From positions 160,001-224,000 of the forward strand of contig OZ223301.1 in the NCBI GenBank assembly GCA_965140705.1: a DNA stretch of 64,000 nt, written 5' to 3'. Position 1 is the stretch's first letter. Each line of letters opens with the position of its first letter. The DNA comes from an uncultured Arcobacter sp. (GTDB taxonomy: Bacteria > Campylobacterota > Campylobacteria > Campylobacterales > Arcobacteraceae). Positions 20,567 to 36,108 of this stretch are shown in pieces. Made by a program: the position numbers and the translations under genes. Below the pieces are notes generated by a model, which worked only from the letters and a program-made list of their open reading frames with translations, did no database searches and was not told the origin of the DNA.

Positions 20567-21451
20567 ATGGCTAACTTAAAAGAGATTAAATTAAAAATTG
20601 GTAGTGTTAAAAATACTCAGAAGACTACAAAAGCTATGAAGCTTGTATCTTCTGCAAAACTTACGCGTACTAGACAATTGTCTGACCAAGCTAAAAGTTA
20701 TGCGGAGAAGATTAATCAAGTTCTTTCTGAGATTGCACACAGAGTTGGCAAAGTTCAAGATGATGGAATGCATAATAGAGCATTCATTCAAAATGAAAAT
20801 CCAAAAACAGTAGATATCGTTTTTGTTACTGCTGACAAAGGTCTTTGTGGTGGATTCAACATGGCTACAATTAAAGCTGTAACCCATATGATGAATGAAT
20901 ACAAAGCAAAAGGTGTAACTGTAAGATTAAGAGTTGCTGGAAGAAAAGGTGTTGATTATTTTACTTTCCAAGGTGAAACATTAACTCAAAAAGTTAGTGA
21001 TTTGTCTTCTACACCTGATTATAATAGAGCTTCTGATTTTATTCAAGAAGTTGTAACTGATTTCCAAAATGGAATTACTGACAAAGTAGTTCTAATTTAT
21101 AATGGATTTCTTAATATGTTAACTCAAGAGTTAAAAACAAAAGAAATCTTACCAATCAGTTTAGAAAATGTTGAGTTAAAAGAAGAATCATCTATGCTTA
21201 ATATTGAGCCAGATGATGATGAAGAAGTGTTAAATGAGCTAACTGAGAAATACATTCAATTTAATATGTATTACTCTTTACTTGATTCTTTAGCTGCTGA
21301 ACATAGTGCAAGAATGCAAGCTATGGAAGCTGCAACTAAGAATGCAAAAGAAAAAGTTGATAGTTTAACAGTTGAGTACAATAAAGCTAGACAAGCTGCA
21401 ATTACAACAGAGCTGATAGAAATTATCAGTGGTGTTGAAGCATTAAAATAA
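20567..21451 (+). CDS. atpG: F0F1 ATP synthase subunit gamma
   Basis: TKAMKLVS, DKGLCGGFN and YNKARQAAITTEL motifs. Confidence 0.98.
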   Translation: MANLKEIKLKIGSVKNTQKTTKAMKLVSSAKLTRTRQLSDQAKSYAEKINQVLSEIAHRVGKVQDDGMHNRAFIQNENPKTVDIVFVTADKGLCGGFNMATIKAVTHMMNEYKAKGVTVRLRVAGRKGVDYFTFQGETLTQKVSDLSSTPDYNRASDFIQEVVTDFQNGITDKVVLIYNGFLNMLTQELKTKEILPISLENVELKEESSMLNIEPDDDEEVLNELTEKYIQFNMYYSLLDSLAAEHSARMQAMEAATKNAKEKVDSLTVEYNKARQAAITTELIEIISGVEALK

Positions 21452-22864
<1,413 letters not shown>

Positions 22865-22881
22865 ACCATTAAGGTAAATTT

Positions 22882-23259
22882 ATGGATACACTAAAATTAT
22901 CAATAGTTACACCAAATGGACCAATATTTAATGGTGACGTTAAAACTGTAACTCTTCCTGGAAAAGAGGGAGAGTTTGGAGTATTACCAGGTCACTCATC
23001 ATTGGTATCTTCATTAACAGTTGGTGTAATTGTAATTGAAAAAGAGAATACAACTGAGGCAGTAGCAATTAATTGGGGTCACGTTAATGTTAGCGAGACT
23101 TCAGTTGATGTTTTGGCTGATGGTGCTGTTGCACTTACTCAGGGTGGAGACTCTGATATTGCTAAAGCTATTGATGCTGCAAAAGAACTTGTTAATTCAG
23201 TTTCTGATGCTAACGTATCAATTGCATCTGTTGAAGCAAAAATCAACTCATTTAGTTAA
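22882..23259 (+). CDS. atpC: F0F1 ATP synthase subunit epsilon
   Basis: IVTP and PG.EGEFGVLPGH motifs. Confidence 0.95.
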   Translation: MDTLKLSIVTPNGPIFNGDVKTVTLPGKEGEFGVLPGHSSLVSSLTVGVIVIEKENTTEAVAINWGHVNVSETSVDVLADGAVALTQGGDSDIAKAIDAAKELVNSVSDANVSIASVEAKINSFS

Positions 23260-23265
23260 GTAAAA

Positions 23266-23826
23266 ATGATTGATATAATTTTAAATTATTTTACAAATAG
23301 TAGTGCTATTACACTTGTTGTATTAGCTCTGCTATCTGTTTATTTTATTCTGATTTTTTGGCTTTTTATTTATAAAAATAGTCAATTATCTGGACTAATT
23401 ACTAATGAAAAAAAGTCTTTAGAAACACTTACTTCTAGAGATTCAATGTTAAGTCCACTGTCTGGTTTAAGTAGATGTGCAAAAACATCTAGATCAAAAC
23501 CCTTATTACATGCTTGTGAAATTTCAATTATTAAAGATGCTAGTGAAGGTCTTTCTTGGTTATCTATAGTATCTTCAACTTCTCCATTTATTGGTTTATT
23601 TGGTACTGTTGTTGGAATTTTAGAGTCATTTGCAAAATTTTCAACTCAATCAAAAGTTGGATTTTCAATTATTGCTCCTGCTATTTCAGAAGCATTGGTT
23701 GCAACTGCGGGTGGAATTTTTGTAGCAATTTTTGCTTATTCATTTCATCAAATATTGACTAGAAAAGTTTATGAATTAAACACTTACCTAAAGGCTCAAT
23801 CTGAAATTTTGATTGCTAAGGCATAA
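23266..23826 (+). CDS. tolQ: TolQ/ExbB/MotA family proton channel
   Basis: SPFIGLFGTVVGI and ISEALVATA motifs; upstream of tolB-pal. Confidence 0.85.
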   Translation: MIDIILNYFTNSSAITLVVLALLSVYFILIFWLFIYKNSQLSGLITNEKKSLETLTSRDSMLSPLSGLSRCAKTSRSKPLLHACEISIIKDASEGLSWLSIVSSTSPFIGLFGTVVGILESFAKFSTQSKVGFSIIAPAISEALVATAGGIFVAIFAYSFHQILTRKVYELNTYLKAQSEILIAKA

Positions 23827-23830
23827 AAAT

Positions 23831-24220
23831 ATGTATGATTATAACCAAAAGCCTGATTTGAATATTACACCAATGGTAGATATTATGTTAGTATTACTAG
23901 CAATTTTAATGGTTACAGCTCCTGTTATAGAGTTTGAGGAGCCTGTAAATTTACCAAAAGGTAGTAAATCTAGACAATTACAAGATGTTAAAAAAATATC
24001 TATTTTAGTTACAAAAGATAGAGAAATTATTATTGGAAAAAACAAATACAAATTAAAGAATTTTGCTGATAGTTTTATCCTTTATTCAAATAATAAAAAT
24101 AAAGATACACCCATTTATATAAGAGCTGATAAAAATTTAATTTATGATGATGTTATCTTTGTGCTAAAAACAGTCAAGGAAGCTGGGTTTTTTAAAGTTT
24201 CTTTAATCACAGATGGATAA
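23831..24220 (+). CDS. tolR: TolR/ExbD family protein
   Basis: NITPMVDIMLVLLAILMV and IRADK motifs; start moved to ATG 23831. Confidence 0.85.
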   Translation: MYDYNQKPDLNITPMVDIMLVLLAILMVTAPVIEFEEPVNLPKGSKSRQLQDVKKISILVTKDREIIIGKNKYKLKNFADSFILYSNNKNKDTPIYIRADKNLIYDDVIFVLKTVKEAGFFKVSLITDG

Positions 24221-24222
24221 GT

Positions 24223-24963
24223 ATGTTTTTCTCACATTCTATTTCAAAGCAAAATAGTTTTCTCATTGCTTTATTCACATATATTATTATTATATTTCTA
24301 TTTTTTCTTTATGTTAAAACTTCCGATGTTAAAAAATTTGATGCTTTTAATAAAACAACTACAATCGAACTTAGTATTTTACTAGATAAAGATAGTAAAA
24401 TTATAAATAAAGAGTCACATAAAGAGAAAAGTAAAACAATCGATAAAGTTGTTGAAAAGTCAAAATCAATAAGTGCTAAACAACAAAATAGTGTAAAATC
24501 TCTTTTTGCAAATGTTAAAGATACAAGTGATAATGTTATTGAAAAAAATGTTAATAATGTTGTTAAATCTGAAGTATCAAGTAGATTTAAAGCAAAATTT
24601 GAGAAAGAGAGAAAAAGTGATAAATTATCAGTATCTACTTTATTAAATAATGTAAAATCAAAAGCTTCAGTAATGCCAAGTAATGAATCAAAAAATTCTG
24701 TTGATCCATATTATTCTAAAATTTATGAATTATTAGCAAAAAGATGGAATCCAAGTATAGTTGGCGATGATTTATCTGCAAAAGTATTAGTAATTATTAC
24801 AAATGATGGTAAATTTGATTATAGATTTTTAAAATACTCTGGAAATGAATTTTTTGATAAATCTTTAACCTCTTTTTTAAATGAACAAGTTAATATTACA
24901 TACCCAGAACATGATAAAGGTTCTGAAGTAAAAATTGAAGTAATATTTAAATCAGAAAGGTAA
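24223..24963 (+). CDS. TolA/TonB-like energy transducer
   Basis: N-terminal TM, Lys-rich linker, C-terminal W.P...SGNEFFDKS domain; lies between tolR and tolB. Confidence 0.75.
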   Translation: MFFSHSISKQNSFLIALFTYIIIIFLFFLYVKTSDVKKFDAFNKTTTIELSILLDKDSKIINKESHKEKSKTIDKVVEKSKSISAKQQNSVKSLFANVKDTSDNVIEKNVNNVVKSEVSSRFKAKFEKERKSDKLSVSTLLNNVKSKASVMPSNESKNSVDPYYSKIYELLAKRWNPSIVGDDLSAKVLVIITNDGKFDYRFLKYSGNEFFDKSLTSFLNEQVNITYPEHDKGSEVKIEVIFKSER

Positions 24964-24968
24964 TAATT

Positions 24969-26237
24969 ATGAAAAAAGTATTTTTTTTATTAACATTAAT
25001 TTGTATTAATTTATTTGCAGTTGATGCCTCAATGGAGATTATTAAAAAATCTGATAATTTACCAAAAATAGAAATATCAGTTGCAAGTGATACAGCAAAT
25101 ATTGAATATGCAAATAAAATAAAAAAAGTATTGATTCAAGACTTACTAGTAAGTGGTCATTTTGAAGCAATGCCAAGTAAAGAAAAAATAAGTTTTTCTT
25201 CTAATCCAAACATGTTGGGTCTTAAAAATAGAGGAATTGATTTATTTTTAAATGTATCAATAAAAGAGAGTAGTTTTGGAGGATTAAATTTAAATATCAA
25301 ACTTTTTGATAATAATTTAATGCAACTAATTTTAGAGAAAACTATCTCTTCATCTCAATTGGATAGATATCCATTTGTGGCACATAGAACAGCTATTATT
25401 ATTAATAAACATTTAAATGCGCCATCAATTGATTGGATGGATAAGTTTGTGATTTTTTCTGTATATAAAGATGCAAAAGAAGCAAATATTGTAATAGGTG
25501 ATTATACTTTAACTTTTCAAAAAACTATTATTAGAGGTGGGTTAAATATTTTCCCTAAATGGGCTAATAATAAACAAGATAGTTTTTATTATACATCTTA
25601 TAGAGGCTCTTCTCCTCAATTAATAAAATATAATTTATATACTAGAAAAGTCAATTATATAATGAAGTCACAAGGTATGGTAGTTTGTTCAGATGTTAAT
25701 AAAGATGGTTCAAAGCTTTTAATTACAGCTTCTCCTGAAGGACAACCTGATATTTATTTGTATGATACAAAAAATAAAAGAAAAGAGAGATTGACAAATT
25801 ATAAGGGAATTGATGTTGGAGCCCATTTTGCAGAAAATGATACAAAAATAGTTTTTGTATCTGATAGATTAAATCATCCAAATATATTCGCAAAAAAAAT
25901 TAATGGTAGAGGAGTTGAGAGATTAGTTTATCATGGTAGAAATAACTCTTCAGCTACAACTTTTGATAATTATGTAGTTTATAGTAGTAGAGAGACACAA
26001 AATGAATTTACTGATAATACATTTAATTTATATTTGATTTCTTTAAAAAGTGATTTTATTAGAAGATTAACAACCAATGGAGTGAATCAATTTCCAAAGT
26101 TTTCAAGTGATGGAGAATCGGTTTTATTTATAAAGAACTACCGAAATAAAAGTAATGTGGGAATAATTAGACTAAATTATAATAAATCATTTTTATTTCC
26201 TTTAACTAATGGCAAATTACAATCAATAGATTGGTAA
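24969..26237 (+). CDS. tolB: Tol-Pal beta-propeller protein TolB
   Basis: Signal peptide, PD40-like repeats (FVSDR, PKFSSDG), C-terminal IDW; upstream of pal. Confidence 0.92.
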   Translation: MKKVFFLLTLICINLFAVDASMEIIKKSDNLPKIEISVASDTANIEYANKIKKVLIQDLLVSGHFEAMPSKEKISFSSNPNMLGLKNRGIDLFLNVSIKESSFGGLNLNIKLFDNNLMQLILEKTISSSQLDRYPFVAHRTAIIINKHLNAPSIDWMDKFVIFSVYKDAKEANIVIGDYTLTFQKTIIRGGLNIFPKWANNKQDSFYYTSYRGSSPQLIKYNLYTRKVNYIMKSQGMVVCSDVNKDGSKLLITASPEGQPDIYLYDTKNKRKERLTNYKGIDVGAHFAENDTKIVFVSDRLNHPNIFAKKINGRGVERLVYHGRNNSSATTFDNYVVYSSRETQNEFTDNTFNLYLISLKSDFIRRLTTNGVNQFPKFSSDGESVLFIKNYRNKSNVGIIRLNYNKSFLFPLTNGKLQSIDW

Positions 26238-26307
26238 AATGTTATTATATAATAATGAGTTAAGTTTGGTTTGAGTAAAATTTAATAATTCACAATAAGG
26301 ATAATTA

Positions 26308-26850
26308 ATGAAAAAATATGGTTTATTAGCTTTTATAGCAGCTACATTACTATTTACAGGGTGTAGTCAGAAAACAGTTGAAATGGAAAATACAACTCCA
26401 GCTCCAACTAATTCGGAATCTAGTTTAAATACAGTTGAAACTACTGATAATAGTGGTATGACTGCTGATAATATGACTACTGATGGAAAAGGTAACTACT
26501 TTGTAGTTGATGGTAAGAAAGTATTTGTTAAATCAATTTATTTTGGTTTTGATAAATATAATTTAACAGAAGATCAAAGAAAAGTTGCTTCTGAAAATGC
26601 TACAAAACTTAAAGGTTTAGATGGAAGTATTAAAGTTGAAGGTAACTGTGATGAATGGGGAACTGACGAATATAACTATGCTTTAGGTTTAAAAAGAGCA
26701 AAAGTTGTAAAAGATGCATTAGTTTCTGATGGAATTGCTTCTAACTCTATTTCAATTGTGAGTTTTGGAGAAAGTAATCCTGTTTGTTCAGAAAAAACTA
26801 AAGAGTGTTGGGCTAAAAATAGAAGATCAGAATATAAGCCACTTCCATAA
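26308..26850 (+). CDS. pal: Peptidoglycan-associated lipoprotein Pal
   Basis: Lipobox FTGC, YFGFDK, EGNCDEWGTDEYNYALG and NRR motifs. Confidence 0.93.
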   Translation: MKKYGLLAFIAATLLFTGCSQKTVEMENTTPAPTNSESSLNTVETTDNSGMTADNMTTDGKGNYFVVDGKKVFVKSIYFGFDKYNLTEDQRKVASENATKLKGLDGSIKVEGNCDEWGTDEYNYALGLKRAKVVKDALVSDGIASNSISIVSFGESNPVCSEKTKECWAKNRRSEYKPLP

Positions 26851-26853
26851 TAT

Positions 26854-27849
26854 ATGAACAAATTTTTTATAATTATTTTATTAACGAGCACATTAACATA
26901 TGCCGAAGAGGTGTCTGTTTTTGGTGCTGGTAATTTAGATTCTGCTAATCCATATGGATTAACAAAAACAGAAAAACGTATTTTAAAGAACAAAAATGAG
27001 TTAGGTTCAATTGATACAAAAGTAAAAACAGTAAAAACTACTGTTAATAGTTTAAGTGAGAGAATTGATGGCCTAGAATCAATCTATGAAGGCGATTCTC
27101 AAAAATTAAATAATGTTGTTTTAACATTAAATAAACTTTTAAATGACTTTGAAACAAATCAAAATCTTACAGACAAAAATACTGCAGATGTAAAAGAATT
27201 AAAAAAATCTATAGATCAATTAAATACTTTACAAAAAAATATTTCTGATGAGAATACTAAAAATTTAAAAAATTTAAAAGAAGCTATTGAAAAATTAACT
27301 AATAAAATAAATAAAATTGATTCTAATTATTTATCTGAAAAAGATTTTAAAAAAAATATGGATCAATTTGTTACTGTAAAAGAGTTTGAAGCTTTGAAAA
27401 AAAGCTTAAATATCAAAAGTAGTAAAAAAACTCAATCCAATGTAAGTGTAAAAAGTAATAATTCGGAAAAGGTAAGTTCTACAGATGATAATGCATCTAT
27501 TTTAGAAGAAGCAAAAAGACTTTTTAAAATTGATTATTTTACAAAAGCTATCCCAATGTTTGAAGGTTTGATTGCTGCTAATTATAAGCCAGCTGAATCA
27601 AACTATTACCTTGGAGAGATTTGGTATTATAGAAAAGATTATGATAAAGCAATTTCATACTTTAAAAAATCTGCATTGTTATATGATAAGGCTGATTGGA
27701 TGCCAAAATTATTACTTCATAGTGCAATATCATTTGAAAAAACTAATGATTTAAAAAATGCTGCCTCTTTTTATGAGACTTTGATGACTAATTACCCAGA
27801 CTCAAAAGAAGCAAAAAGTGCAGATAAAAATCTATCGAAATTAAATTAA
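26854..27849 (+). CDS. CpoB/YbgF-like coiled-coil plus TPR protein
   Basis: Signal peptide, long coiled coil, C-terminal TPRs ending YPDSKEA; follows pal. Confidence 0.8.
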   Translation: MNKFFIIILLTSTLTYAEEVSVFGAGNLDSANPYGLTKTEKRILKNKNELGSIDTKVKTVKTTVNSLSERIDGLESIYEGDSQKLNNVVLTLNKLLNDFETNQNLTDKNTADVKELKKSIDQLNTLQKNISDENTKNLKNLKEAIEKLTNKINKIDSNYLSEKDFKKNMDQFVTVKEFEALKKSLNIKSSKKTQSNVSVKSNNSEKVSSTDDNASILEEAKRLFKIDYFTKAIPMFEGLIAANYKPAESNYYLGEIWYYRKDYDKAISYFKKSALLYDKADWMPKLLLHSAISFEKTNDLKNAASFYETLMTNYPDSKEAKSADKNLSKLN

Positions 27850-27863
27850 AAAAAAGGAAAAAC

Positions 27864-28439
27864 ATGTCAAAAGTTATAGGTATAGAATATACATTAAAAG
27901 ATGCTAATACAGGAGATCATTTAGATTCAAATGTTGGTGCAGCACCATTAGAGTTCGTTTCAGGAAAAGGTCAAATAATCCCAGGATTAGAAGCAAAATT
28001 AGTTGAAATGGCTGTAAATGAAGAAGCTGATGTTTTAGTTGAACCAAAAGATGCTTATGGTGAATTAAACCCAGAAGCTGTTCAAACATTACCAAAAGAG
28101 CAATTTGCAGGAATTGAATTAAAAGAGGGTATGAGCCTTTATGGAACTGGTGAACAAGGTGAAACAGTTCAAGTTACAGTTACAGGTTTTAATGACAATG
28201 AAGTAACAATTGATTATAACCATCCAATGGCTGGTAAAACATTAATGTTTTCTGTAGCTATTTTAAGCTCAAGAGCTGCAACTGATGAAGAAATTCAAAC
28301 AGGTGTTGTTGGTGGAATGGCTGCTATGGGTGGCGGTTGTTGTGGTGGTGGAAGCCATGACCATGGATCATCAGAAGGTGGTTGTTGTTCAAGTGAACCT
28401 AAACAAGAATCTCATGGTGGTTGTGGTTGTAGCCACTAG
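27864..28439 (+). CDS. slyD: FKBP-type peptidyl-prolyl isomerase/metallochaperone SlyD
   Basis: G.GQIIPGLE, DYNHPMAGKTL, His/Cys/Gly-rich tail. Confidence 0.95.
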   Translation: MSKVIGIEYTLKDANTGDHLDSNVGAAPLEFVSGKGQIIPGLEAKLVEMAVNEEADVLVEPKDAYGELNPEAVQTLPKEQFAGIELKEGMSLYGTGEQGETVQVTVTGFNDNEVTIDYNHPMAGKTLMFSVAILSSRAATDEEIQTGVVGGMAAMGGGCCGGGSHDHGSSEGGCCSSEPKQESHGGCGCSH

Positions 28440-28464
28440 TATTTATTACTCTACACAAATATTT

Positions 28465-28500
28465 AAAATGCCCAAAAGCACTTTTGCTTTTGGGCATTTT
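28465..28500 (+). terminator. Intrinsic terminator after slyD
   Basis: AAAATGCCCAAAAGCA-cttt-TGCTTTTGGGCATTTT perfect inverted repeat. Confidence 0.85.
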
Positions 28501-28571
28501 ATTTTTATGACAAATATTAAATAGTATAATGCCATTTTAAAATGAAGTAAAAGATATAAGGATTAAAATAT

Positions 28572-29501
28572 ATGAAAAAAGTTGCTTTTATATTCCCTGG
28601 ACAAGGAAGTCAAAAAGTTGGTATGGGAAAAGATTTTTTTGAAAATAGTGATATTGCAAACGATATGATTAAAAAAGCTAGCGATAGATTGGGAATAAAT
28701 TTTGAAGAGCTTTTATTTGAAGAAAATGAAAATTTAGGAAAAACTGAATATACACAACCAGCTATTCTTTTAGTATCTGCAATTGCTTTTGAACTTTTAA
28801 AAGATAAATGTGATATTAAACCAGAATTTCTATTAGGTCACTCACTTGGTGAATTTTCAGCTTTAGTAGCAGCTGGTGCAATTGATTATTTAGATGCAAT
28901 TGAATTAGTTCATAAAAGAGGACTTTTTATGAATGAAGCTTGTTCTGGTGGAAATGCTGGAATGATGGCATTAGTTGGATTAGAAGATTCAAAAGTTGAA
29001 CTTATTTGCGAAGAACAAAGAGAAAATGGTAAAAAAGTTTGGCCAGCAAATTATAATATGGATGGACAATTGGTTCTTGCAGGTATTAAATCTGATTTAG
29101 AATCACTTGTAGATACTTTTACCGCTGCTGGGGCAAAAAGAGCAATAGTACTTGATATGAGTGTTGCTAGTCATTGTGAGTTGCTTACAAGTGCAGTTGA
29201 AAATTTAAGACCATATTTGGAAGAGTATATTAAAGATGAATTTTTACCAGTAGTTTCAAATGTATCAACTGATGTATATACTACAAAGGAAGAAGCAATA
29301 GAACTATTAGCTTCACAACTTACAAGCCCAGTAAAATATAAACAATCAATAGAAAAGTATGCTTCTAAAATCGATTTATTTATAGAGTTTGGAAATGGTG
29401 TTGTATTAAAAGGCTTAAATAGAAAAATAGTAAAAGTTCCAACAGCAAATATATCTGATATGAGTTCATTGGAAAAAGTAATTGGAGAAATTAATGAATA
29501 A
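28572..29501 (+). CDS. fabD: Malonyl-CoA:ACP transacylase
   Basis: FPGQGSQ, TQPA and GHSLGE motifs. Confidence 0.96.
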   Translation: MKKVAFIFPGQGSQKVGMGKDFFENSDIANDMIKKASDRLGINFEELLFEENENLGKTEYTQPAILLVSAIAFELLKDKCDIKPEFLLGHSLGEFSALVAAGAIDYLDAIELVHKRGLFMNEACSGGNAGMMALVGLEDSKVELICEEQRENGKKVWPANYNMDGQLVLAGIKSDLESLVDTFTAAGAKRAIVLDMSVASHCELLTSAVENLRPYLEEYIKDEFLPVVSNVSTDVYTTKEEAIELLASQLTSPVKYKQSIEKYASKIDLFIEFGNGVVLKGLNRKIVKVPTANISDMSSLEKVIGEINE

Positions 29502-30189
29502 ATTAGCAATAATGGGAGCTATGGAAGAGGAGATTGAACCTCTATTGGCTCATTTTGATAATGTAAATGTAGTAGAGTTTGCAAATAATAAATATTATGA
29601 GGTATCTTATAAAGGGCTAGAAATTGTAATTGCATACTCTAAAATAGGAAAAGTATTTGCTAGTTTAACAGCAACAACTATGATAGAAAAGTTTGGATGT
29701 GATACTTTACTATTTTCAGGGGTTGCAGGTGGAATTAATCCTGAACTTAAAATTGGTGATTTAATTATTGCAAATAAACTTTGTCAACATGACTTAGATA
29801 TTACTGCTTTTGGACATCCTCATGGATATGTACCTGGTGGTAGTGTATTTGTTGAGACAACAAAAGAATTAAATGATATTGCAAAAAAAGTAGCTTCGGA
29901 TAATGGAATGAAAGTTATTGAAGGAACTATTGCAACAGGTGATCAATTTGTTCATTCATCTGAAAGAAAAGATTTTATACAAAGTACTTTTAATGGAGAT
30001 GCTTTAGAAATGGAAGGTGCAAGTGTTGCAGTTGTTTGTGATGCTTTAAATATTCCTTTTTTTATCCTTAGAGCTATATCTGATACAGCAGATATGGATG
30101 CAGGATTTGATTTTGATGAATTTTTAAAATCAAGTGCAAAAAATTCAGCTGACTATTTAATAAAAATAGTTGATGAATTATTAAAATAA
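29494..30189 (+). CDS. mtnN: 5'-methylthioadenosine/S-adenosylhomocysteine nucleosidase
   Basis: IMGAMEEE, IGKV, TGDQF, EMEGA and RAISD motifs; start moved to ATG 29494 (GGAG RBS). Confidence 0.95.
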   Translation: MNKLAIMGAMEEEIEPLLAHFDNVNVVEFANNKYYEVSYKGLEIVIAYSKIGKVFASLTATTMIEKFGCDTLLFSGVAGGINPELKIGDLIIANKLCQHDLDITAFGHPHGYVPGGSVFVETTKELNDIAKKVASDNGMKVIEGTIATGDQFVHSSERKDFIQSTFNGDALEMEGASVAVVCDALNIPFFILRAISDTADMDAGFDFDEFLKSSAKNSADYLIKIVDELLK

Positions 30190-30209
30190 GAGTTTTACTC
30201 TTATTTTAA
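30181..30209 (+). terminator. Hairpin/terminator after mtnN
   Basis: TTAAAATAAGAGT-ttt-ACTCTTATTTTAA. Confidence 0.6.
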
Positions 30210-30312
30210 CTACTAAACTCAATAAAAACTATCAAAAAACTCTATAAAATATTACTAAAATTTACAAACCAAAATTTTTTTCAAAATTTAAGCAAATATT
30301 AAAGAAAACCCC

Positions 30313-30341
30313 TTGACAAAGGCAAAAAAACCTATTATAAT
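30313..30341 (+). promoter_or_regulatory. rRNA operon sigma70 promoter
   Basis: TTGACA-N17-TATAAT with GC-rich discriminator and upstream A/T tracts. Confidence 0.88.
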
Positions 30342-30380
30342 TCCCGTCCAATTTGAGTGACAAACGTCGCGAAGAGTTGA

Positions 30381-30392
30381 TGTTCTTTAACA
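30381..30392 (+). promoter_or_regulatory. rrn antitermination boxA
   Basis: TGTTCTTTAACA versus consensus TGCTCTTTAACA. Confidence 0.75.
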
Positions 30393-30569
30393 AACTACGG
30401 TTTAAAGAAGTAAGTAACTTTTATAAACCGAATATGATATAAAACAAGAGAATATAAAAATTCTCGTCTATTAAAAAAACAATGAGTAATGTCAGTAAAC
30501 AATTGCAATTAATTTTCTTAGGGAAATTAGATAAAAGAGTTAGACACTAGTCAAGATTAAACAAAACAT

Positions 30570-32086
<1,517 letters not shown>

Positions 32087-32193
32087 CAGAGTAATGAGAA
32101 GATATTCGTTTATCTTCTCAAGAAATAAACAATGGGTAAATATCCAATATCATATTCGGTTTGTAAAGGTTATTGAAATAATAGGTGAAGAAT

Positions 32194-32270
32194 GGGCCTA
32201 TAGCTCAGCTGGCTAGAGCGCTCGACTGATAATCGTGAGGTCCCAGGTTCAAGTCCTGGTAGGCCCACCA
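32194..32270 (+). tRNA. tRNA-Ile(GAT)
   Basis: Cloverleaf GGGCCTA/TAGGCCC, anticodon loop CTGATAA, encoded CCA. Confidence 0.97.
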
Positions 32271-32292
32271 TGAGAAGAAGATAATCTTTGTT

Positions 32293-32368
32293 GGGGAATT
32301 AGCTCAGCTGGGAGAGCGCCTGCCTTGCACGCAGGAGGTCAGCGGTTCGATCCCGCTATTCTCCACCA
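32293..32368 (+). tRNA. tRNA-Ala(TGC)
   Basis: GGGGAAT/ATTCTCC acceptor with G3:U70, anticodon loop TTTGCAC region (TGC), encoded CCA. Confidence 0.97.
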
Positions 32369-32644
32369 ACATTAGCACCTAAACCAAGTAGAACAGAGAT
32401 AAAAAACTAAATATAAGTCTTAAATATAAGATTTATATTTGGTTTTCGAATCAAAATGTTATTTAAAAATTTAATGTTAAAGTCTTTAAAATTTTTTCGA
32501 ATTGGAATAATGAAAGTTATTTTAATTAAAATAGAAAACAATTTAAACACACAATTACTGTTTTATTAAATATTGTATTTAATAAGATAGTAGCCAAGGA
32601 ATAATTATCAAAAAGGTAACTAAAGAGATTTAGTTATACAAATT

Positions 32645-35551
<2,907 letters not shown>

Positions 35552-35730
35552 TTTATATATTTCTTGGTTTACTATCTTATTAAGTACATACTTAATTTGT
35601 ATGTGTGTAAAGACTTTAACATTAACTTCTATCTCAAGATGATATGTTACCTTGGAAAAGTTGTAAACTTTTTTAAGAAACATAAGTTGAGTAAAGAGTG
35701 AATATTTACTATTCTTTCTTTACTCAACTT

Positions 35731-35847
35731 TGTTGGTGATTATAGAGAAGTGGAAATACCCAGCTCCATTCCGAACCTGGAAGTCAAGCACTTCATCGCT
35801 GATAATACTGCAGGGTCCCCTTGTGGAAACGTAAGTCGTCGCCAACT
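35731..35847 (+). rRNA. rrf: 5S rRNA
   Basis: GTTGGTG...CCATTCCGAAC...GTCGCCAAC with paired ends. Confidence 0.93.
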
Positions 35848-35858
35848 CTTGAGTTTTT

Positions 35859-35911
35859 AAAGCCTTTATCTAATTACTAGTCTTCTAGTTATTTGATAGA
35901 GGCTTTTTTTT
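35859..35911 (+). terminator. rrn operon terminator
   Basis: AAAGCCTTTATC...GATAGAGGCTTT followed by T-run. Confidence 0.75.
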
Positions 35912-36021
35912 AGCTCTTTTTTTACAGGATATATTTTATTTATTATTTATCTGTGTATAATTTTTAGCTATAGTATAATCTTTATTATTCTCTATTCATT
36001 ATTAGTTATTCACTATTATTA

Positions 36022-36097
36022 GCTCGCATAGCTCCAACGGTAGAGCAATCCCATGGTAAGGGAGAGGTTGTAGGTTCGATTCCCACTGTGAGCACCA
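36022..36097 (+). tRNA. tRNA-Thr(GGT), atypical
   Basis: 76-nt cloverleaf GCTCGCA/TGTGAGC, loop ATGGTAA, TTCGA, ACCA; non-canonical C14, A27.G43 and A51.C63. Confidence 0.85.
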
Positions 36098-36108
36098 CTT
36101 TTCTTATT

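Noticed and set aside
28300..28439. GGT/TGT-rich low-complexity repeats
   Set aside because: They encode the known His/Cys/Gly metal-binding tail of SlyD.
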